In this document: in pieces, positions 1 through 10,714 of the stretch
Layout of the letters: each line of letters begins with the position of its first letter
How positions within the stretch are numbered: position 1 is the stretch's first letter
Assembly (NCBI GenBank): GCA_002269645.1
Contig: NIVC01000482.1
Coordinates: 255,909 to 319,908, forward strand
DNA length: 64,000 nt
Direction of reading: 5' to 3'
Origin: Macrostomum lignano
Taxonomy: Eukaryota
Notes under the pieces: generated by a model
The model's input: the letters and a program-made list of their open reading frames with translations, nothing else
What the model was told of the DNA's origin: nothing
Databases searched by the model: none
Translations under genes and position numbers: made by a program

Positions 1-1412
1 TCGATGCTAAAGGCATTAAATATTCGAAAAACATGCTTTTTTGCAAAGGTCAAGCAAACTTTTCGACTTGAAATGCATTGTAAGAATGCTAGAGAAAAAA
101 CTGACTGGTTGAATTCTGATTCTGAAATAGATTGCATCATCACTGAATTGTAACTCCAACTTGAATTGAAAATGCAGTGTGGAAGCGTAGCACCAGACTT
201 GATTTAAATTGCGTAACCATATTGTTAACTGATACTGACTGACTGAGAAACTGATTATGTCATAACTGCTTTGTGTGATTTACTCTATGCTTGGATTTTA
301 AAGTGTTGAATTATATAAGTGCAAAATTTGATGTTATCAAAACGATGAGAGCTAGCCTAGAGGTGAACAAACTGAACTGCCAAATGCAGCGACGATGGTT
401 CGAATTTTCATGGAGTATAATTTTTTTAATTAAAGCTTTTTAACGTCAGGAAAACTAAAAGACTTTTTAAAAAGAAGCGTCATGTAAAAAATCATAGAAG
501 TGTCATGTAAACAATCATAGAAGCGCCATGTAAAAAATCGTAAAAGCGTTATATAAAAATCATAGAAGCGTAATGTAAAAAATCATAGAAGCATCATGTA
601 AACAATCATAGAAGCGTCATGTAAACAATCATAGAAGCGTCATGTAAACAATCATAGAAGAGTCATGTAAACAATCATAGAAGCGTCATGTAAACAATCA
701 TAGAAGCATCATGTAAAAATCATAGAAGCGTCATGTAAACAAGCATAGAAGCGTCATGTAAACAAGCATAGAAGCGTCATGTAAAAAATCATAGTTGCGT
801 CATGTAAAAAATCATAAAAGCGTCATTTAAAAAATCATAGTTGCGTCATGTAAAAATCATAGAAGCATCATGCAAACAATAATAGAAGCGTCATGGTAAA
901 ATCATAGAAGCCTCATATAAAAACTAATGAAAGTGTCATTTAAAAAATTAAGAAGAATAATGGAAGAATAAAAGAAGCGTCATGTAAAAATCAAAAGAAG
1001 CGCCATGTCAGACATGAAAGGTGTCATATAAAAATTAAATGAAGCTATAGTACAGTGCTGTGCTGGGGAGAATTACTGAGACGTCAAGGCTCTCAGAGAA
1101 TAACTGAGATTATGGGGGGGGGGGATTTCTGAGATGTCAAAGTAAAAGTCAGAAGCTACTTCAAAGTTCATGTACTTTACTCAATTTTTATTACATTCAT
1201 TGTTGGCTCGCCACAGGGGGGGCGCTGATAGAAGCAGAGTCATGTAAAAAATAAAAGTAGCCAAAGTAGCCAAACCCTAACCAAAATTAGGGTTTTGGTT
1301 AGGGTTAGAATTTTGACAGGAGATTTTTTAAGATTTCAAGGCTACATGTAGCTTATTAAAAATACGTGTATTGCATTTCTTTGGCTCCCCAACGGGGGGC
1401 ATAGATTGCTAG
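1..1412 (+). mobile_element. Non-autonomous Helitron-like composite element, copy 1 (5' end outside window; shorter satellite and internal deletion relative to copy 2)
   Basis: Base 1 aligns to 55782 and 61815 and stays near-identical through the unique part. It ends in a short hairpin CTCCCC-AAC-GGGGGG, then about 9 nt, then CTAG (1409-1412) followed by T, which is the Helitron 3' signature. Confidence 0.65.
474..960 (+). repeat. 23-bp tandem satellite (GAAGCGTCATGTAAACAATCATA), about 20 copies
   Basis: Tandem units seen directly; same unit as 56255-60020 and 62290-64000. Confidence 0.95.
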
Positions 1413-2137
1413 TCCCATATACAAAAAATGAAATGTCTGTAGCTATGCGATAGATTTATTCTAAAAATATAACATTAAGAATTATATTTCTAGACCTTAG
1501 TTTTGATGACTTAAATTATAAGATAAAATTTGGCATTATTTTCATTTAATAAAAAAGTAACAAATTAAAATAAAAAAACTAGCTGCTTTTTATTTTATAT
1601 ATTGCTTGCTTTGATTAAAATATGCCCAGCCCTAGACCTAGGTCAATTACTATGCCTTGGTTTGCTCTAAGGCATGCCAATGAGTAGACTAGCTTTAGTA
1701 TCCCTACTAAATTTGTGCTTTTATATATGCAAAGTTGGCATGGGAGTTGTATATTGTGTTGGTTTTTGCCATCTTGAATGTAATGGCCCTCCTCTTTTTG
1801 CCTACTGAAGGTTTTTATACCCAGTTTCATAAGAGCTCATTCATAGGACTGCATTCCCATTCTTGCTAACCTTAGTCAATTTTAAGGCTAACAAGTTGCT
1901 AGGTAATCAATATTCTATAGCCTGAATAGAAACACACTAGGGTTAATTACGAGTATAATGCTATTTGCAAAAGAACAAAAGTATAACAATGGAGCATCTG
2001 AGACTAGCTAATTTGAATACTATATGATATAAGAAGTGACAAGACTTATATTGTCATTATTTAGAATGAATATATCATATGCAAGTATAAACATTTCTAA
2101 ACATATCATTGTTAATGAGAGTTATATGTGATAGGAG

Positions 2138-2585
2138 CTGGGCTTTTTGTCAAAATTGTTATGCCATTTGGTATAATGGGCTAATGGCATCAAAATTGTT
2201 ATGCCATTTGGTATAATGGCATCAAAATTGTTATGCTATTTTTAATTTAAATATGCCATTAGCATAAAATATAAAATGATAAAATGCAACTTGCTATTGA
2301 TTGTAAAGTGCAAGTTGTAAGTCATGCAATTGTCATAACAAACAAGGTAATATTTGGACAAATTTAAAAGCAAAAATTAAGTTTGGAATTGGAGATTCAG
2401 CATTGACAATTTGGCAATGGCATAATGGCAAAAAAATGTTACATCATTTTTGGCATAATAGCATCAAATCATTATGATCATTTCATAATCATGATCATAA
2501 TCAGCAAAAATCTCCATTATTATTAAAGATTGAATCATTTTTAATTTTGACATCTCATGGCATGCCTATGACACAAAAAACCTAG
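2138..2585. mobile_element. MITE, hAT-like
   Basis: Imperfect TIRs CTGGGCTTTTTGTCA / TGACACAAAAAACCTAG, flanked by the 8-bp direct repeat GATAGGAG (2130-2137, 2586-2593). Interior is rich in TGGCAT/ATGCCA motifs. Confidence 0.6.
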
Positions 2586-3020
2586 GATAGGAGCACTTAA
2601 AGCCTACAAGCATATAATAATTATTCTTTGTTTTCCGGCCAAATAGCAATTAGGAATATCTGGTTATTAGATACCTTGGATTTAGAGCTAAAGAGGTAGG
2701 GGCCTAATTGCTATATAAAATCAAAGAAATAGGCCTAGGATTATATGTAGGCAAATTCAGGCCCCAATCTAATTAACACACATAACAAACAATTTCAATT
2801 TGTTGAAATAAGTCTAGGCCCTAATTCTTCTAATTGATAAGTAAGCCTATGCTTAAAGAAAAAGTAGGCCCAAGAATTCAAACTTTGACTATGTCTTAGC
2901 TATCAGGAAATAATATATAGGCTTAAACTGACTAATTAATATACAAAATATGATAGCACCAGCAGTGCGTAGTGCCAGTAATAGTACTAGTAGTAGTAGT
3001 AGTAGCACAAAGGTAATGGC

Positions 3021-3310
3021 TAGAGTTCTGGCACCAGAACCATGAGAACCTGTTTTCTAATGGCTATGGATCCGGCAGTCTTCTGCAGGCAGTTATCTAA
3101 TCTATAATGAAGTCTTTGATTTGAACATTAGAAGTATCTTGTTTTGAATCTCATCGTTTCGTTTCGATCTTATCTTGAACAAAATATTAATATCAACAAC
3201 CCGTTAAAAAGTAAAATGTTTCTGCTATATTATACCCATAAATTGCACCACTGGAATACCACTGCTGAATCCATAGCCGTTAGAAAATGGGTTCCGGTGC
3301 CGGAACTCTA
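3021..3310. mobile_element. MITE / foldback element
   Basis: Roughly 45-bp imperfect TIRs TAGAGTTCTGGCACCAGAACC...TTTTCTAATGGCTATGGAT and ATCCATAGCCGTTAGAAAA...GGTTCCGGTGCCGGAACTCTA. No clear long TSD. Confidence 0.65.
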
Positions 3311-3540
3311 GACCCTAGCCATTGCCTGCATAAGAACACTAGCTCGTAAGCTAGGCTACATTTTGATTTTTAGGTCTATATTTTGGCTGTGTGGGAAGAT
3401 TACAAGTGATACAGTAGGTAGCAGTAATATTAAATGTCTTATTTCTAGAGATTTGTTGAAGCGCTATAATGCTGTACTGTAACTGTAACGATAACATTGA
3501 ACTAAGCTTGTTAGAATTAGTGGACTTAAAAACGTCCACG

Positions 3541-3880
3541 TAGTAGTAGTAGTAGTAAGTTGGCTCAGGCAAGAAGCCTGTTTGGCCAGTATATTTCTGT
3601 GTATTTAAGTTATTTTAGCATTAGTTGTTTAATTACGATTAAGTTCAAAAGGTTAAATTTGTTCAAAAGGTTAAATTTTTACACCAGTTACGATGCGAGT
3701 TACGATATTTGTAAAATTATTAAGGTATTTGAAAGAGCGTTTTTTGTAAAAAGATATAGTATTTTGCAAGCGCGCAATATTTCAAAGCGTGAAAAACGAA
3801 CGAAAAATGAACAAAAACGAACTTCGAAAGAAATTTACGTTAAACGAATAGCGACAATTTAAATAGGTATTAGATAGGAA
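3541..3880 (-). mobile_element. 3'-end relic of a LINE/SINE related to the element at 10.6-13.5 kb, with (TAC)n tail
   Basis: The reverse complement of 3541-3605 matches 13478-13542 (ATATACTGGCCAAACAGGCTTCTTGCCTGAGCCAA(A)CTTACTACTAC). Weaker similarity (GCGCGCTT...AAATACT.TATCTTTTT) extends further into the LINE 3' UTR. Confidence 0.65.
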
Positions 3881-4159
3881 ACTAATTAAATATTAATTAA
3901 ATGCTAATTAAATAGGAAATTAAAAAGGCAGTAAATGAATAAACAAAAGAAAAGCGGATTTATTACACTGCTGATATGTCTGTTTCAGTTTGCATAACTG
4001 TTTTAGCTATTCATGACTTCATATATTTTAGCTCCACGATTTCATGGAAATTTATTTCAAATATTTTCATGATATAAACTAAATTTCTAGCGATGAATAT
4101 ATATTGCTCGAGCACCAATAAAAACATATCCTTTGATTTTTAAAAAATTATATTTTCGA

Positions 4160-4940
4160 AGTAGGCTATGCGGCATAATTATACTCAAGTAGGACAGGAA
4201 ATAAAAATTCTTGGGATTTTTTGGAGGCAGGTTTTACCGAAAAAATACATCACGGAGATAGTAGAGCTAGGTCATCATTTTTTCTGTTCAAAAATGTGTT
4301 TTTGCTTTTGAGCCCAGAGGCAGAGCCAATATTCATCTTTGATAATATGTCCTTACCAGAGCGTCCCTCTCCCTCTCCCTCTCTCTAATTCTCTACTCTT
4401 ACAAGTACATGTAATCTCTTCCTCGCCCCCGGGGGGGGGGCAGCTTAGGGGCCACGTCCCCCATTAAAAGCTATATGGGGGGGGGAATATGCCGATGCTT
4501 TGCCCCACCTACCCATTGTGGAAATCAATGATTTATTTTAGAGCTGTAAAATATAGCACCTGCGCGCATGAGCCACCCAAAATGAATGGCCGCGGCGCTA
4601 ATAAAATTTGAGTGCCTGCGGCGCCAAAAAAATTAGTGACTGCGTCGCCAAAATGAGTGACTCCGAAGCCAAATGAGTGCTGGGCAGCACCGATTCGCAA
4701 AATAGTGTAAATGTGTAGGAAATCTCTTCTGTAAGACAATACACAGGCACAGCCACACCAATTCTACTTCTCCACCTTTTTGAGTGGCTAACAAACACTC
4801 GCAAACACTTGCCGGATAGTTGCTCGCTACACTCACCAAAAATTCATGACGACGCCCCTGGTCCTTGCCTTTTTATATAAAATTATAAGCTCTATTGATA
4901 TTCATATAGAGCTTTTATTTTTGATCGTTTAAAAAATTTG
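4160..4940. mobile_element. Degenerate CAAGG-family MITE interrupted by a nested CAGGG-family MITE
   Basis: TACTCAAGTAG...GGCAGGTTTT..CCGAAAAAATACA..ACGGAGATA and ATTCATCTTT...CTCTATTGATATTCAT match the copies at 6889, 24697 and 40009. Boundaries approximate. Confidence 0.55.
4357..4860. mobile_element. CAGGG-family MITE (hAT-like)
   Basis: Right TIR GACGACGCCCCTG, eroded left TIR CAGAGCGTCC, 8-bp TSD GTCCTTAC (4349-4356) / GTCCTTGC (4861-4868). Interior is similar to 23519-24255. Confidence 0.6.
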
Positions 4941-5328
4941 TATTGACGTATACTATCTGTGTTGATTTGATATCCTACTGTACACTGGTACATGTACATG
5001 TGTCTTAATTAGAATAAAAAAATTGTAACAGAAAATAAAGGCACATAGTGTGTGCAACGTCTGACTATGAGAAAAGTTAGCGCCGCACTGTATACACCCT
5101 GTTTCTGTAGACTATATATAGTGTATTTTCTACTGTCTGGCTAAAGATCGACTTCACGTCGTCTTTGATTTTTGAGCGCCAAAAAAGTCCCAACGGCAAG
5201 CTCATAAAATACGAATATAGAGAAATGCAGCGCTACCGAACTAATAATTTCCATCTATATTTTTATTAAACTGGTGAAGAAACTATATGTAAAATTGTAG
5301 TTAGCCTTAGTAGACGTCAAACTAATAG

Positions 5329-8300
5329 CTAGATTTTCATCTTGTAAACGGACATAAAACCGTCGCCTCCGCACGGCTCCGCCGTCTGGTCCTCCTCGCC
5401 CGGGCACCGGTTGTCGCAGTCATATTCAGTGCCTTGCCCAATCAGTCCGAAGTTGTTGCTGCAAAAGCATTGCAGTATCTTTTTGTCGGCGGGATCGGTT
5501 CGAATAGCAAAATATTTCGTGGCGAATATTGTACACTTGGAGCTGCACTTGTCTTTGTTCATCCTGCGGCCATCTCCGCCTGAAATTGGCGTAATAGAAT
5601 ATTTAGGCCTCAGTTTATAAAACCAATGTTGAAATGGATTCAGTGTAGTTCACAATCAAACGCTTAACAAGTCTTTATTCAGGAACTTTCCAAGATCTTG
5701 CCTTACAACAATCAAACATGCCAGAATACTGTCAATTCAATGTTAATAAAATGCATACACCAAATTTCCATTCTTAGTAAGTCCGGAGACGGAAAACACT
5801 TTTTACCTCAAGGGCCACGCGGAGAACCTAGCGCATGACTGCGGCCCAGAGGAGGGGAGAAAGGAGAAAGAATAGGGAAGAGAGAAGAGAGATAGGAGAA
5901 AGGAGAGACGAGGGAATGAAGGGGAAGAAAGGAGACGAGAGGAGAGAAGAGGAGAAAAGAGAGAAGAGAGGAGAGAGAAGAGGGGGAGGAGAGAGAAGAG
6001 GGAGAGAGAAGAGGGAGAGGAGAGAGGAGAGGAGAGAGGAGAGGAGAAGAGAGGAGAAGAGAGGAGAAGAGAGAGGAGAGAATAGAGGAGAGGAGAGAAG
6101 AGACGAGAGGAGAGAGGAGAGAAGAGACGAGAAGAGAGGAGAGGAGAGAGAAGAGAAGAGGGAGAGAAGAGAGGAGAAGAGAGGAGACAGAAGAGGGAGA
6201 GACAGAAGAGGGAGAGAGAGAAGAGGGAGAGGAGAAGAGAGAAGAGAAGAGACGAGAAGAGAGGAGAGGAGAGAGAAGAGAAGAGAGAGAGGAGAGAGGA
6301 GAGGAGCATAGAGAGAAAAGGGCAGAGAGGGATTAGAGAGAGGGGAGCTGAGAAGAGAGAAACCCTGAGCGGGCCGGATTGCTATTTGTGTTGTTGCTAG
6401 TGCTATTAAAGGACAGATGGACGGATAGGGAGACTGCGGGCCGCTGGGTCTAAGAAAGTCAAGCCTCAATCGAACACTCAACATTGTTGCGCAGGTAAAT
6501 GCAAGCTCAATGCAGTTTACATATCTGGTATCCCGATATTAAATGCCCAGACACTACAGTAGAATTCTTTCACCTATAAAATACAGGCCCCTGTCAATCT
6601 TGTCCTGATTGTCATGGTAGCAGCCCTGAGGCGCGTAGCCGCTCTTTGGCGGCTCAGAGGCCGTTGGACTCGCCCCGGGAGGTGTTTTCGTAGGATTCGC
6701 CAACCTGTAGGCGCCGCGCGTGAGCTTGGCGGTGCCGACCACGGCGGTTTTCACACCGGATGCTGCTGTTTTTATGCCAGACCAGGCCCAGCCGACAGGA
6801 GCGAGTGGATCTGTCAGTAGGTTTGAGCACAGGTATGCGTTTAGCGACTTAAAGTATCGATCAAGGTAAACATTAACAGGGTATAAAACAAGGTACTCAA
6901 GTGGAAGGACGGGACACAATACGTTTCTTGGAAAATGCATTACGGAGATAAGAAGTTTGCATTTTTTCAGCACAAAAATTGTTATTGCTTTCGATAGACG
7001 ATAGTAGGAGACAGACTCAATATTCATCTTTTGATATGTTGTGCCTTTCGTTTATCTCTATTGATATTCATAAAGCTTTTCGTTAAGAAAAATAGGACTC
7101 TATGCTATTTTGTATTCTACGTACAATTGTGCATGTCCTGTCCCTACGAGTAAAAGCCATTAAAATGGCATATGGCTCGGCTCATTGGTTTTATGAATCT
7201 ATTTTATTATTCTTAGCTGACTGTGTAACAATATGTGTAACAGAGATGGTAAAATAGATTCACAAAAGTAAAACCAATGACTCGAGCTGTGCCATGCATT
7301 TTCATTTCTTCTACTAGAGTAGTCCCTTGGTATAAACTTAGTTCACTGAAACAACCCATCCCCGCGCAGCAATCCGACGTTCCCGAAAGTCTATCGACGT
7401 CGCTGTCAAATATGCACTTCTACATTACATCGACTTTCTTCCGTATTTCGTAAAGTACATATACTTGCCTATGCGATCACTATGTCAAACAACCGGTGTC
7501 AATAATAGTGTGGCGACCCTCGCCTTCCCGTTGGGTCTGCGGACCACCCTGCAGCTAGGTCAAGTGATCGTCAAGTGCTAAATAAACATATCCTTATCAA
7601 AACCCTTGGGTCGTGGTCTTTAACTGGATATAAATTAATCGCGGAAATCTGATACCGAATTCTAGAAGTTTTGAAACTTAAAACTAGTATTTTTCACTTC
7701 TGTTGTGTTGAAACCGGTAATTTACCAAGAAAGAATTCATAATGATTTCTATTGTCACGCACATGTAGAGCTGTGACGTTGTCAGTTTAAGGTGGTCCCG
7801 CAAAAGGGCCGTTGGACTACAATTTCACTACAATTTCTCATTTAATATTCTCCAATCGTGTATTCTCACGTTTACTTGTAGTAGCGCCCAACGAATCTGT
7901 ATCAATTGCTAATCATTGCGTACATTGTAATCTTTGCGTACGTCTGTAGGGTCTCGCGCGATCAATAATTTCAGTTCTCGCTTTTCCCCCCGCCAGCCAA
8001 TGATAACTCTCCGCATATATTATGCTAACCCTCCTGCGCTCCTTTATTAACCCCGCCTGTCTCACGCCTTTCTCTCACGCCTCCTTTCGCTCTCCTTCGT
8101 TCACTCCTCCTCCTCTCTCTCCTTATCTCTCGCCACGGCCCCACCCTGTCTGGGCCAGACTTGTTTATGCAATCGTGCTCCACCTTGTACTGCCACGGGC
8201 TAGCGCCCAATCACGCCACTACTTGTCTACTTGCTACTCACTGCCACCACCGTACTCAGCGCCATCACTTGCTACTTTGCTTCACCATCATCCTTCATCA

Positions 8301-8778
8301 TCTGCTTGACTTCATAACTTCAATTACATCGACCCGTTGTTGCAGCCGCCAGTGCCCCAGAACGCTATAACTCTTGTATTGACATTAATCATATTGACAA
8401 CGACAATAAACGGTTTACGGCAGTCCTCTGCCATCATACGCCAAGTGCTTCCGCTACACAACCCACTCCGCAAGAGTTTGACTTCACCATTAATTTGGGA
8501 CTACAACGACTACAAAAACGTGACAGAGCAATACATTACACTTGAGAATAAGGCCTCTGTAAAAATGTAGTTATTTTTTCAATTTTTTTGGGTCAGAACA
8601 GTGTGTCTAGCTCACGAATCAGAACTCGATTAAGTACAATTCTTCTCAGCGACTTACCAACCAAAACGCACGCATCGCCTTGTCCGACGCAACCGCCCAG
8701 CAGCGTCATCAACGCGCATGCCAACCAAAATTTGAAGCTCCACACTGGCAATTGTAGAGCCCTATTGTGTGATGACAT
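5329..8778 (-). CDS. Small secreted WSC-domain protein; complement(join(5329..5579,6574..6810,8658..8778)), about 202 aa
   Basis: Three exons with GT-AG boundaries, both introns phase 1, 609 nt in one open frame. Hydrophobic N-terminus (FWLACALMTLLGGC), then YAPQGCYHD...R.L...C...C....YF...C.C...C...C.G...CGG..MSVY, the WSC cysteine pattern. Exon 1 assignment is less certain than exons 2-3. Confidence 0.72.
5850..6360 (+). repeat. GA-rich low-complexity tract inside WSC-gene intron 2
   Basis: Nearly pure A/G (GAGAG/GAGAA); source of the spurious ORFs at 5803-6484. Confidence 0.9.
6889..7329. mobile_element. CAAGG-family MITE (hAT-like) in WSC-gene intron 1
   Basis: TIRs CAAGGTACTCAAGTGGAAG / CTTCTACTAGAGTAGTCCCTTG; 8-bp TSD GTATAAAA / GTATAAAC. 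Confidence 0.7.
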
Positions 8779-10714
8779 TACTCAGTCTAACTTCGTGGTC
8801 ATGGGGAAGCTTGCACACAGAGCATCGTTACTTGCATTTATTAATACTTTTATTACCGTATTATCAACTTCTCAAGGCTTGAATTTAATGTTACCTATAG
8901 CAACTGTCTGTGGTAGCTCTTGATTTCTTCACTTAATTTTGCAATTTTTACATCCTGAAGTGCACATGGTCGAATTTATTCGTAGTAACTATATATCGTT
9001 CGTACTTTTGCGACCTTAATTGACACAAATTAATTTAAAAAATATCAAGTTCCTCTTCTATCAATTCTGTTTTTTTCTGTTTTAATTGTTTCCGAGCTCA
9101 TGGTCTCTGGCATATATACTTTGGCATGTATTGTAACAGAGAAATGTCGTGACTTCATGGGTTCTTGCATGTGGATTTCAGCTGCTTTTAGCTCTAATGC
9201 TGATCGAACTGTCTACATGTTCTGGCAAGGTCATTGGGCTTGCTGCCTGGCAGGTTTTGCCGCGTTGCATGAGAGCTGTGTCTGCCCGATCGCCGCATCA
9301 ATAGCAGCTGGTGGGCCCGCTGTTGTTAGGCTGTCAGGGCCCCTCTAGCTGACTAGTCGACGAAGATGATTGACACGGAGCGCTGGTGGGTCTTGCAGCA
9401 GGCCTCGATCGATACCACTAAGACTATACACAAAATATATAAAGAAGGCGTGTCATATTACAGCTGCAGCCTCAGTATTGCCGGATGATTAGCATTCCAT
9501 CTCATCAATTAGCTTAAGCTTTCTCAAACTTCTCAAACCGTATTCCTGATCCGGAACATGGTTCAAGAACCAATTCTGAAAACGGAACAGACAATATATA
9601 AAAAGCCTATAGGCTTGCTGCTATGCCCCACGAGGATTGCAGTGAAAAGCATGAAAATTTTTATATACTGCCCAGATAAACAAAAACTGATTTAGAGCTA
9701 AACATTCGTTAATAAGATATTTTTAAAAGGTGTTTTTGTTAAAAATCTTACTTTTTTTGTAGAAATTTCGAATGAATTGCAAATTTGGCAGTCGGGTGCC
9801 ACTGGTTTGGTTTTGAATTTTAACTAACCGTTTATTTTAATAACCCTTTTAAACTGCTACAAACATTAATTTTCTTGTCCGCTCGCTGATTATTTTTTGT
9901 CATTTTTCCGTCGATTGGAGGTCCAGCAAATGTTTTTTGTTATCCCATTCTGTGGAAAGGCAGTTTCCCCCCGCTGGAATTTTGTTTTATTTTTCATTTT
10001 TGCATGTTAGTAAGCCGTTCCATCCGTAGTATCCACGCCCGGGACTTTTGGTCCATTGGTGCGACCAGCGGCTGCCTCACTCGTTGACTGCGACCTCCCT
10101 CATCAATACGGCCCATGATGTGCCGCCTAATGTTAGTTTGTTCTGCGGTTTCCATGTTTTCCCGTTTTTTGTCGTTTTGTTCCCTCGCGCGTTTTGTTCT
10201 GCGTTTTGCCAGTTTAGTTCAACTTTACTTTTAACTAGCCTTTGCGCACCGGCGCCCGCGAATATCATCTTCGTTTTAAACATAATCCGTAGCAATAAGT
10301 TTAATTAGTAATAGCATTATTATTAAATTTTCTTTAATAAGCCTGCTGATTTAATAATAAACAATACCTAAATAAACTTTAACACCCTATTTATTTGTTG
10401 AAGTTAAGCCATAGTATTGCTTGAGTCATTTGCCCGTGGGGCGTAAAATAACCAAAGATCTCATCTCAAAGAAAGCTCTGAGACAATTATTCGTTCCGTA
10501 ATACGTAAATTACGGTGGTGGCAGCAACTTACCCTACTGAAAGTAACAAGCTCAGCAAATTCGACACAGTAATTCACGGTGTCAGGATCTCCGGTGCTCA
10601 TCATCTACTGAACGACCGTGCCGCTCTTACGACCGCTCCACTACGATTACGACTACCCTCCCCCCGGACTTGAGAACGCGGCTGTCGGAGTAAAACAGGA
10701 GAAAGTAATTCGTT

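Noticed and set aside
5803-6484. Long Leu/Ser and Arg/Glu ORFs
   Set aside because: Translations of a GA-rich low-complexity tract inside an intron.
7500-8580. LTR-like segment (TGTGGCGACC...AATAAA) and short ORFs in WSC intron 1
   Set aside because: No second LTR, no recognisable protein motif and no TSD found; left unannotated.
10395-10500. Self-cleaving ribozyme at the LINE 5' end
   Set aside because: GCCCGTGGGGCG is suggestive, but I could not build the HDV-like or twister pairing; a covariance-model search would be needed.
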